Source: an uncultured bacterium
GTDB taxonomy: Bacteria > Krumholzibacteriota > Krumholzibacteriia > Krumholzibacteriales > Krumholzibacteriaceae
Assembly: GCA_963786935.1 (NCBI GenBank)
Contig: CAWBAN010000001.1
Location: 544,001-608,000 of the forward strand
Length of the DNA stretch: 64,000 nucleotides
Reading direction: 5' to 3'
Shown here: piece by piece, positions 8,057-16,134 of the stretch
Position numbering within the stretch: position 1 is the first letter of the stretch
Layout: each line of letters begins with the position of its first letter
Program-made: the position numbers and the translations under genes
Notes under the pieces: model-generated
What the model saw: the letters and a program-made list of their open reading frames with translations, nothing else
What the model was told of the DNA's origin: nothing
The model's database searches: none

Positions 8057-8425
8057 ATGGCGAAGATATTGATCGTCGACGACGAAGTCAACGTGAGGAA
8101 GCTCTACAGCGAAGAGCTTCGGAGCGAAGGGTACCTTACCGTCTCGGCGGCCACCGTCGCGGAGGCGATCGAGTCGGTGGAGAAGGAGGAGCCTGATCTC
8201 GTCATTCTCGATATCAAGCTCGGCGAGGAGAGCGGCATCGACGCCCTCATGAAGATCGCCAAGCAGCGCAAGCGGCTGCCGGTGATCCTGAACTCCGCGT
8301 ACTCGGTCTACAAGGACAATTTTCAGACGTGGGCGGCGGACGCGTATATCGTGAAATCGGTCGATCTCACGCCGCTGAAGGAAAAGATACGGGATCTTTT
8401 GACGACACGGAGGACGCAGGCGTGA
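8057..8425 (+). CDS. Single-domain response regulator (CheY-like)
   Basis: KILIVDDE, PDLVILDIKL (phosphoacceptor Asp), ILNSAY, ADAYIVKS. RBS GAGGGGG. Confidence 0.9.
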   Translation: MAKILIVDDEVNVRKLYSEELRSEGYLTVSAATVAEAIESVEKEEPDLVILDIKLGEESGIDALMKIAKQRKRLPVILNSAYSVYKDNFQTWAADAYIVKSVDLTPLKEKIRDLLTTRRTQA

Positions 8426-8871
8426 TGATGATGATGATGAAAAGAGCGTGCGTTGCATCGATGATTATCGCGTTCGCATCGGTCGCGGCGCTCGCGCAGA
8501 CCGGGAGCGCGCCGACGCGCCAGAGCGTGTTCTCGGATTATCTGAATCCGCAGACGGGGGCGTCGTTCCTCCGCGTGCCCGGTCTGAGCTTCTCGTCTTC
8601 GGCGGGATTCTCGTATTTTTCCGGGGGCGGCGGGGATTCGTTCGGCATGGGCTACTACATGGGGCATTTCGGCCTCAAGCTCTCGAGCTCGATCAGCCTC
8701 AACTGGGACGTCGGCGTCGGTTCGGTCATGCGAAGCACGAGCGAATACAACCAGCCGCAGTTCTTCATTCCGAACATGGACCTCACGTACCGGCCGAGCG
8801 ACAACTTCATGCTACGGATCGAGTATCATCAGAGCCCGTACACCGGCGTCTCCCGGGCCTTCGGGCGATGA
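8425..8871 (+). CDS. Secreted hypothetical protein (start within an (ATG)5 run)
   Basis: Signal peptide MKRACVASMIIAFASVAALA. The mature part is beta-strand rich (MDLTYRPSDNFMLRIEY). Translationally coupled to the response regulator. Confidence 0.7.
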   Translation: MMMMMKRACVASMIIAFASVAALAQTGSAPTRQSVFSDYLNPQTGASFLRVPGLSFSSSAGFSYFSGGGGDSFGMGYYMGHFGLKLSSSISLNWDVGVGSVMRSTSEYNQPQFFIPNMDLTYRPSDNFMLRIEYHQSPYTGVSRAFGR

Positions 8872-8915
8872 CGATCGGCGCCCGGCGAGCCACAACATGC
8901 TGGGCCGAGAAAATC

Positions 8916-8944
8916 TTGACATCCAAGATATAGTGCTATAGCCT
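8916..8944 (+). promoter_or_regulatory. Candidate sigma70 promoter
   Basis: TTGACA-17 nt-TAGCCT upstream of the TPR gene. Confidence 0.45.
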
Positions 8945-8975
8945 TGCGGAAAAGCTGCATCGTTGGGCGTTTCCA

Positions 8976-10145
8976 GTGCGGAGGTTTGCGGTGCTTCGCT
9001 GGGATAGACTGATCGATATCGCCCGCGGCGAGGGCGCGGAGGAGAGCAGGGAGATCGTCCGTCTGACGCGGAAATACGAGGCGGGCGAGGCGCAGCCCGA
9101 AGAGATCCTCGAGCTCGCCGGGCATCTGCTCAAGGGCCGGAATCCGAAGAAGGGGGAAAAGGCGATCATGGAGCTGATCGAGTCCCCCGATCTCGACGAG
9201 GCGCTCCTCGAAGAGGCGTGCGAGCTCCTCGAGCAGGTCGGCAGCTACGAGCTCGCGCTCGGGGGCTACGGCAGGGTGCGCGAGCGCGACCCCGGCAAGG
9301 CCCTTCCGCTCTACCGCATGGGGCGGCTCCTCGAGATGCAGGGGAGGCTCGACGAGGCGATCGCGCTCCACCGGCAGGCGATCGCGGTCGAACGCGACAA
9401 TCCCGAGTGCTACTACCGCCTCGGCGTCGCGCATACGAAGAATCACCAGTACGAGGAGGCCGAGGAACAGTACCGCAAGGCGATCGACATCGATCCGACG
9501 CATTCGAAGTCGTACACGAACCTCGGCTACATTCTCGATCTCCAGGGCAAGCGCGAGTCGGCGCTGCTCCAGTTCCGCAAGGCGGTACAGCACAATCCGA
9601 AGAACGCGGAGGCGCATTTCAATCTCGGCGCCCTGTACGGCGAGGAGGGTGATCGGGACCAAGCGATCAAGGAGTTCCGCATCGGTCTCGAGCTCGACAC
9701 GGCGAGCATCGAGGGGCATTACAACCTCGGCCTCGCCCTCATGAACGAGGGGCGCCTCGACGACGCGGAGGAGGAGTTCAAGCGCATTCTCAAGATGGAG
9801 CACGACAACGTGAACGCGCTCTTCTACCTCGGATTTCTCTATTACCGGAAAGGCGTGTACGGGAAGGCGCTCAAGCACCTGCAGCACGCCTCGCGCCTCA
9901 ATCCGGGGAACTCCACGATCCTCTATTACGTGGGCGAGTGCTTCAACAAGCTCGAGCAGCCCTCGAAGGCGCTCGAGTACTACAAGAAGGTCACGGAGAT
10001 CAACCCGACCGATTCGAAGGTCTATTTCAGCCTCGGCGTGATCTACGAGAAGCAGGACGACAAGCGGAAGGCCCGTGAATACTACAAGCTCGCCGCCCTC
10101 AAGGCGCAGGACGAGGCGCCCGGAGGAACGCGGGTCGTCGAATGA
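8976..10145 (+). CDS. Multi-TPR protein (start may be GTG 8991 after GGAGG)
   Basis: About 8-9 consecutive 34 aa repeats, e.g. YYRLGVAH..AEEQYRKAIDIDP, YTNLGYIL, HFNLGALY, HYNLGLAL, YFSLGVIY. Confidence 0.9.
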   Translation: MRRFAVLRWDRLIDIARGEGAEESREIVRLTRKYEAGEAQPEEILELAGHLLKGRNPKKGEKAIMELIESPDLDEALLEEACELLEQVGSYELALGGYGRVRERDPGKALPLYRMGRLLEMQGRLDEAIALHRQAIAVERDNPECYYRLGVAHTKNHQYEEAEEQYRKAIDIDPTHSKSYTNLGYILDLQGKRESALLQFRKAVQHNPKNAEAHFNLGALYGEEGDRDQAIKEFRIGLELDTASIEGHYNLGLALMNEGRLDDAEEEFKRILKMEHDNVNALFYLGFLYYRKGVYGKALKHLQHASRLNPGNSTILYYVGECFNKLEQPSKALEYYKKVTEINPTDSKVYFSLGVIYEKQDDKRKAREYYKLAALKAQDEAPGGTRVVE

Positions 10146-11707
10146 AGTCGCTTGCATCGATGAAGAGAGCCATTGGCGCGGCGGCCATTCTCGCTGGCGT
10201 ACATTGCATGGCGCCGGCCGTCCGCGCTGAAACCATTCCTCCCGACAGCTGGGCGTACGGGGCGCTGCGGGCCTTCGAGGTGAGCGGGCTCGTGAGACTC
10301 GAATCGACGCTCCCGTACACCTATATGCAATGCGAAGCCTATACTCGTGAGATCCTCGCGAACGTGGATGCGCGCGGCGTTGCGCTCGGTCCGCGGCACG
10401 CGTTTCTTCTCGAGCGCCTCGCGAAGCAGTTCGTCGGAATGCGCGATCGTCCCGAGGACCGGTGGAGCAAGCCGGTGTACACGGTGCGCGAGGATGAGCG
10501 CTTCGCGGCACTCGACGCGAGCGTCGGCGGTTCGGTCGAGAGGAAGCCCGACGGGGATTCATGGGAAGCGTTCGGGCTCGCCGTTCCGGGCATCCTCGTG
10601 GGATTGGGGCACGGCGTCACGATGGAGACGAGCTACCGGCTCGTGATGGGGCCGGAGCAGGGAAGCAACGCGCACCTGGAAAAGCCCGACGCGCGGCTGC
10701 GGAGCTACCACGGCCTGACGGGGGAGTTCGAGCGGGGGCTCATCGACGCGGGCGGCGACTGGTGGCAGGTGCGCGCGGGCAGGGAATACATGCAGTGGGG
10801 AAGCGGTCCGCGCGAGGGTCTCACGCTCTCGAGCGCCGGGGGATCGCTCGACCACGTCGGCGCCCGCTTCACGCTCGGGCGTTTCGCGCTCAGCACGTTC
10901 CAGGCGGTTCTCAGCTCCGAGCCGGAGAGACGCTTCGCGGGGCATCGCCTGACCGCCGCGCTGCCGAACGGTATCGATGTCGGCATCGGGGAGACCGTGG
11001 TTTATGCGGGGAATATGGATTGGAAGTATCTGACGCCCCTTGGCTTCTTCTACGCCCATCAGTACAACGAAGGAACCAACGCGGATAACATTCTCTGGAC
11101 GCTCGATTGCAAGGTGCCGCTTCGTCCGGGCCTGCTGCTCTCCGGGGAGTTTCTCATCGACGACATTCAGTACGAGCGCGACGAGAATGCCGGTCCGGAC
11201 CGGCTCGGCCTCACGGTCGCGGCGGAAGCGCTCTTCATGGTGGCGGGGAGGGATCTCGAGGTCGCCGCCGGATACACCTTCATCGACGCGTACACGTACG
11301 GTCATTCGGGGGGATCGCAGTACGTCGCCGGCGACGGCGACACGGAGATGAATCCGCTCCTCGGCGCTTCGATGGGGCCCGACGCGGACCGGAGCTTCAT
11401 CACGGGAACGCTCGGTCTGAGCGCGCGGACCGCGTTCACGATCGAGGGGGGCGGCACGAGATACGGCGCGTTGAGCACGCTGTTCCACGCGGCGCTGCCC
11501 GATTGGGCCCCCGGCATGGACAGCGATCTTCCGTTCCCGAGCCCGCCGGTCCTGTACGTGAAGTATCTCCTGGCGAGCCTTCGCTATGATCTGAATCACG
11601 GATCGTACGTTTCGGCCGGCGCGTGGATGCGGCAGCTCGATCGGGACGCCGACGATGTCCACACGAGCGGGAGCTACGGCTGGTTCGAGGTCGTTCTGGA
11701 TCTCTGA
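10142..11707 (+). CDS. Capsule assembly Wzi-family outer-membrane beta-barrel
   Basis: Signal peptide, then PPDSWAYGAL, GREYMQWG, FAGHRL, IGIGETVVY, DNILWTLD, GEFLIDD, LGASMGPDAD. Confidence 0.7.
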   Translation: MKSLASMKRAIGAAAILAGVHCMAPAVRAETIPPDSWAYGALRAFEVSGLVRLESTLPYTYMQCEAYTREILANVDARGVALGPRHAFLLERLAKQFVGMRDRPEDRWSKPVYTVREDERFAALDASVGGSVERKPDGDSWEAFGLAVPGILVGLGHGVTMETSYRLVMGPEQGSNAHLEKPDARLRSYHGLTGEFERGLIDAGGDWWQVRAGREYMQWGSGPREGLTLSSAGGSLDHVGARFTLGRFALSTFQAVLSSEPERRFAGHRLTAALPNGIDVGIGETVVYAGNMDWKYLTPLGFFYAHQYNEGTNADNILWTLDCKVPLRPGLLLSGEFLIDDIQYERDENAGPDRLGLTVAAEALFMVAGRDLEVAAGYTFIDAYTYGHSGGSQYVAGDGDTEMNPLLGASMGPDADRSFITGTLGLSARTAFTIEGGGTRYGALSTLFHAALPDWAPGMDSDLPFPSPPVLYVKYLLASLRYDLNHGSYVSAGAWMRQLDRDADDVHTSGSYGWFEVVLDL

Positions 11708-12528
11708 TGCGAAAAATCCTGAGCCTCATAATCGTGATGCGTCCGCACAACGTCGCGGCGGCGCTCCTCTCCGTGGCCGTCGGTTTCGCCATGACCGGCT
11801 CGACGCGCTGGCCGTGGCTCGTCTTCGCCGCGGCCGCGTTCGCCACGGCGGCGGGCAACACGATCAACGATATCTACGACGTCGATATCGACCGGGTCAA
11901 CAAGCCGCGGCGGCCCCTCGCCGCGGGGGCGCTGGGCACGACCGCCGCGATCGGGCTCTACGCCTTCTTCTTCGCCGCGGCGGTGTTTCTCATGCTGTTT
12001 CTTCCGGGAGAAGCCGCCGTGTGGATCGGCGTGTGGATCGTGCTGCTCCACATCTACAGCTGGCGGCTCAAGCGGATGTACCTCGCGGGGAACGTCCTCG
12101 TCTCCGCCGTGGCGGGTTCCGGATTTCTCCTCGGCGCGCACATCGGGGGAAACGTCGCGGCGGGGGCCGTTCCCGCGGCGTTCACGTTCTTCTTCGTCAT
12201 GGGGCGCGAGATCGTGAAGGACACGGACGACATCGAGGGAGACCGGATCTGCGGGGCGAGAACCTTCCCGATCGTTTCGGGGCGCCGCGCGGCGCTCACG
12301 ACGGCGCTCGCGATCTTTCTCGCGCTGTGCGTCGCGTTTCCGGTGCCGGCCTTCATCGGGATGTACGGACGAGCCTATGCGCTCATCATGATGCTCAGCG
12401 TGGTGCCGATTCTCTTGGTTTCGATAGGGATCATTCTCGGGGGGCGGTCGCTCGGGGTCGTGAGCACGCTCCTGAAGATCGGGATGTTCTTCGGCTGCAT
12501 CGCGTTCTATTTCGGGCCGCGGCGATGA
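11707..12528 (+). CDS. UbiA-superfamily prenyltransferase, digeranylgeranylglyceryl-phosphate synthase (DGGGPS)-like
   Basis: ATG overlaps the wzi stop. MRPHN, GNTINDIYDVDIDRVNKPRRPL, YSWRLKR..LAGN, REIVKDTDDIEGDR...TFP, LKIGM; ~8 TM segments. Confidence 0.75.
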   Translation: MRKILSLIIVMRPHNVAAALLSVAVGFAMTGSTRWPWLVFAAAAFATAAGNTINDIYDVDIDRVNKPRRPLAAGALGTTAAIGLYAFFFAAAVFLMLFLPGEAAVWIGVWIVLLHIYSWRLKRMYLAGNVLVSAVAGSGFLLGAHIGGNVAAGAVPAAFTFFFVMGREIVKDTDDIEGDRICGARTFPIVSGRRAALTTALAIFLALCVAFPVPAFIGMYGRAYALIMMLSVVPILLVSIGIILGGRSLGVVSTLLKIGMFFGCIAFYFGPRR

Positions 12529-12556
12529 AGCGGGCCGCGAAGGGAGACGGGCCGTC

Positions 12557-13381
12557 GTGAGCATGAGTATGTGGATCGTCGTTCTCCTCGCCGTCGTGCA
12601 GGGGCTCACCGAGTTTTTCCCGGTGAGCTCCTCGGGGCACCTCGTCATTTTCGAGGCGCTTCTCGGCACGCGGGCCGGAAACGGCCAGAGCGGGCTCATG
12701 TTCGAAATAGCGGTGCACCTCGGGACGCTGGGCGCCGTGATCATATTCTACCGGGCGAAGGTTCTTCGCCTCTGCCGCGCGCTCTTCGCTCCGATTTTCG
12801 GGGGCGGCGGATACGCCGCCTATCGAAACGAGCTGCGCTACATCGGCCTCATCGTCCTCGGATCGATGCCGGCGGGGCTCGTCGGCGTTCTCTTTCACGA
12901 AGACGTGGAGAAGACGTTCGAATCGCCGAGCATCTCGGCGATCCTGCTCGTCGCCACGGGAATCTATCTCCTGATGACGAAGCTGCGCGCCGTGCGGGGG
13001 AGACTCGGATGGCAGTCGGCCCTCATCATCGGCGTGGCCCAAGCGATCGCGATCCTTCCGGGCTGTTCCCGGAGCGGCTGGACGATCGCGACGGGATTGC
13101 TCATCGGCGTCGGTTTCGCCGAAGCGGCCGAGTTCTCGTTTCTCCTCTCGATCCCCGCGATCCTCGGGGCGCTCGCGCTGACGCTCGCGAAGGAGCCCGG
13201 CGTGCTGAACGCCGGATCGATCGCGCCGCTGGCGATCGGCGCTGCAGCGGCGTTTTTCGCGGGGCTCATCGCCCTCAAGCTCCTCATCGGGATTCTGACG
13301 AGAGGGGGGTTTCACCGGTTCGCCTATTACCTGCTGCCGGTGGGGATCGCGGCGTTCGTCTATTTCAGGCTTCGGGTTTGA
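12557..13381 (+). CDS. uppP: Undecaprenyl-diphosphate phosphatase
   Basis: QGLTEFFPVSSSGHL, HLGT, QAIAILPGCSRSGWT, AAEFSFLLSIPAI. Confidence 0.95.
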   Translation: MSMSMWIVVLLAVVQGLTEFFPVSSSGHLVIFEALLGTRAGNGQSGLMFEIAVHLGTLGAVIIFYRAKVLRLCRALFAPIFGGGGYAAYRNELRYIGLIVLGSMPAGLVGVLFHEDVEKTFESPSISAILLVATGIYLLMTKLRAVRGRLGWQSALIIGVAQAIAILPGCSRSGWTIATGLLIGVGFAEAAEFSFLLSIPAILGALALTLAKEPGVLNAGSIAPLAIGAAAAFFAGLIALKLLIGILTRGGFHRFAYYLLPVGIAAFVYFRLRV

Positions 13382-13410
13382 GCGGGCGGAATCGGCTCGT
13401 CCTGCCGCCC

Positions 13411-13439
13411 TTGACTTCACCCGTGTCCTCACGTAGGCT
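13411..13439 (+). promoter_or_regulatory. sigma70-type promoter, probably leaderless
   Basis: TTGACT-17 nt-TAGGCT, with ATG 13447 only 7 nt further and no SD sequence. Confidence 0.55.
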
Positions 13440-13446
13440 CTGCGCC

Positions 13447-14232
13447 ATGGGCGCGCGTGACGACTCCCGCGGTAACTCCCGAAATGACGCCGGCGGCGAA
13501 GAAGTGTCGTTCGGCTACCGGCGCGTCAGCGCCGCCGAAAAGAGGCGGCTCGTCGGCGGACAATTCGATCCGATTGCGCGCAGGTATGACCTCGCCGACG
13601 CGATTCTGAGCTTCGGGCTGCATTTCCGCTGGAAGCGATGGGGGATCGAACGGCTTGCCCTGAAGAAGGGGGAGTACGTACTCGATGTCTGCGGCGGGAC
13701 CGGCGATTTCGCGCTGCTCGCCGCCCCCCGCGTCGCGCCTCCGGGACACGCGTTCATCTACGACTTCAACCGGGCGATGATGCGCGCCGGCCGCGCCACG
13801 GTGAAGCGTTCCCGCTTCGCCGGCAGCATTACTTTCGTCGAGGGAGATGCGGAACGTCTGAGCTTTCCCAACGGCGTTTTCGACGCGGTCACGGTGGGAT
13901 TCGGCATCCGGAACCTCGTTCATCTCGATCGGGGATTGAGCGAGATGCATCGGGTCCTCAGGCCGGGGGGACGGCTCATGATTCTCGAATTCTCTCTCCC
14001 CGTCCACGGGTGGCTCCGCCGCCTCTACGATGTCTATTCGTTCAAAGTGATGCCTCTGGGAGCGAAGATCATCTGCGGCACCGCGGAGCCATTCCGGTAT
14101 CTCGCCGAATCGATCAGGGTCTTCGATCCGCCCGAGCGGGTGATCGAACGGCTGAAGAACGCCGGATTCACCGATATCCGTTGTCAGCCGCTCACCGGCG
14201 GCATCGCGGTCGTGTATCTCGCCCGGAGGTAA
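13447..14232 (+). CDS. ubiE: UbiE/MenG-family C-methyltransferase
   Basis: VSFGYRRV, FDPIARRYDL, LSFGLHFRWK, VLDVCGGTGD, GDAERLSF, GFGIRN, LSEMHRVLRPGG, YLAESI. This is the C-terminal part of track ORF 12571..14232. Confidence 0.85.
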   Translation: MGARDDSRGNSRNDAGGEEVSFGYRRVSAAEKRRLVGGQFDPIARRYDLADAILSFGLHFRWKRWGIERLALKKGEYVLDVCGGTGDFALLAAPRVAPPGHAFIYDFNRAMMRAGRATVKRSRFAGSITFVEGDAERLSFPNGVFDAVTVGFGIRNLVHLDRGLSEMHRVLRPGGRLMILEFSLPVHGWLRRLYDVYSFKVMPLGAKIICGTAEPFRYLAESIRVFDPPERVIERLKNAGFTDIRCQPLTGGIAVVYLARR

Positions 14233-14238
14233 AGCGAT

Positions 14239-16134
14239 ATGAAGAGACCGATGATCTCGAAAGAGGCCGGACAGATCGCATCTCATTGCCGGCATTATGC
14301 GATGTGCAAGATCGATTATCTGGGAACCGGGCTCTGTCCGACCGGTCCCGAGCGGCATTTCGTCGCCTACTATCCGCAGGGACGGATGGATATCTGCGAC
14401 GCTCTGGCCGGCGAGTCGATCCCCGTGACCGAAGGGCTTCTCGATATCGTCGACACCTGCACGCTCTGCGGAATCTGCGACAGGCAATGCCATTTCTATA
14501 CCGGCATGAGGCCGATGACCGTGATGCGGGCCCTCAAGGATTACGTGGCGGCCTGGCGCGCGGAAGGGGGCAGGGGGACGGCGATTCTCGAGGATGAGGT
14601 TTTGAAGGAATTGCGGAAGATCGTCGGCCGGGAATGGGCCACGAACGATCCGGCGATCCTCGTGACCTATGCGAATGACCCGTTCCCGCTCGCGGGCCCG
14701 CGGATGCCCCGCTATGTGGCGCTGCCGGGTTCCCGCGCAGACGTCGAATCGATCGTCGCGCTGGCGAACGAATGCGGGCTGCCGTTTGCCGTCCGGGGGA
14801 ACGGCGGGAGCGTCTTCGGCTTCGTCTTCACCGACGGCATCGTCCTCGACATGAACAGAATGCGGAAGCTCGTGATCGATCCCGACAACTGGAGCGCCGA
14901 GGTGGAGCCGGGAGTGACCTCCTTCGATCTGCAGCGGGAAGCGTACCGGCTCGGCCTCCGGGTGAACGCCGCGGAGCCTGCCGCCACGGTGTGCGGCAAT
15001 ATCGTCTGCACGGGCACATTTTCCACGTGGTCGAACGTCTACGGGACCGCGGCGGACAATGTTCTGGACATGGAGTTCGTCGACAGATCGGGCCGGGCCT
15101 TTCACCTGAACGACAAGAGCGTCGCGAACCATTTCGCATTCGAGCGAGACGTCCTGCCGTCTCCCGGAATCTGCACGCGGGGCCTCGTCAAGCTTCATCC
15201 CGTGACCGACGACGAGGAAGGGGTTCTCATTCCGTTTGCGGACTTCGACGGGGCCGCGCAGTTGGCGAGGAACCTGGGGCAGAGGCGGATCGGCCTCGCC
15301 GTGGCGGTCCTCGGGGCGCATTACATCGCGAATTTCATGTGTCCGTCGAAGGAGCTCGCGGCCCGGCTCAAGCGGAGCCTCTCCGAAGTGCTCGGCTGCG
15401 AGTACCTGGTCCTCGCCGTGGGCGACCGCGACGCTCGTGACGCGATCCGGCGAATGGCCGTCGCGGTGATCGATCAGCCCCTTTTCCGGATGCTGATGCT
15501 CGGGCTTCCGAGGCTCCTCGATCCGAGATGGGTCGATCTCATCCGCCAGTACGAGGGAACGATGCGTCCCTACGAGCTCCTCTGCAAACGGGAGATGCGG
15601 CCGCTTCTCGATGCGGTGCTCGAACCGTCGGCCGGAACGATCGCGGAGGCGGTGGACGAGGACCTGCGGAGCTTCTACGCCGCGCTCTACGAGCGTCCCG
15701 AGATGACCGATATGGTTTGGCTCAACATGTTCCGGATCGTCAGCGCGCGCATGTCGAGGGAGAAGCATATGCTCGCGTTTCTCGTGTACGTTCCGCTCGA
15801 TCATATCGACGTCATCAAAAGCATCATTGGGGGATTCAGGAGAATCGCCGACGCCGAGGGCCTCGACAACGACTACGGCTTTCTCACGCCGATGGATTTC
15901 GGGAAGCGAGCCATTCTCGAGTACGATTACTACATCGACCAAACCGACCGGGCCGATGCGCAACGAATCGCGCGGGTCATGGCGAAGATCGAACCATGGC
16001 TGGACGATCTGGCGGCAGGGACCAAAGGCGTCCAGTGGCTGAAATACGTCTTCTCCCAGGGATGTTCGCGGAAGGAGAATTTTCTCTACGAAACCTTCGG
16101 GCCGCCTCTGAACGGGGAGAAGGCGCCGCGATGA
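14239..16134 (+). CDS. 4Fe-4S dicluster + FAD-binding (PCMH/GlcD-like) oxidoreductase
   Basis: N-terminal CRHYAMC...CP and CTLCGICDRQC. FAD-binding PRYVALPGS...VRGNGGS...GIVLDMNRM...VEPGVT...ATVCGNI. Confidence 0.75.
   Translation: MKRPMISKEAGQIASHCRHYAMCKIDYLGTGLCPTGPERHFVAYYPQGRMDICDALAGESIPVTEGLLDIVDTCTLCGICDRQCHFYTGMRPMTVMRALKDYVAAWRAEGGRGTAILEDEVLKELRKIVGREWATNDPAILVTYANDPFPLAGPRMPRYVALPGSRADVESIVALANECGLPFAVRGNGGSVFGFVFTDGIVLDMNRMRKLVIDPDNWSAEVEPGVTSFDLQREAYRLGLRVNAAEPAATVCGNIVCTGTFSTWSNVYGTAADNVLDMEFVDRSGRAFHLNDKSVANHFAFERDVLPSPGICTRGLVKLHPVTDDEEGVLIPFADFDGAAQLARNLGQRRIGLAVAVLGAHYIANFMCPSKELAARLKRSLSEVLGCEYLVLAVGDRDARDAIRRMAVAVIDQPLFRMLMLGLPRLLDPRWVDLIRQYEGTMRPYELLCKREMRPLLDAVLEPSAGTIAEAVDEDLRSFYAALYERPEMTDMVWLNMFRIVSARMSREKHMLAFLVYVPLDHIDVIKSIIGGFRRIADAEGLDNDYGFLTPMDFGKRAILEYDYYIDQTDRADAQRIARVMAKIEPWLDDLAAGTKGVQWLKYVFSQGCSRKENFLYETFGPPLNGEKAPR

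Noticed and set aside
12571..14232. 553 aa ORF; likewise the extended ORFs 15528-17369, 40185-41360 and 41563-42351
   Set aside because: The N-terminal extensions are off-frame overlaps of upstream genes. Real starts are 13447, 16131, 40461 and 41920. No evidence for programmed frameshifts.
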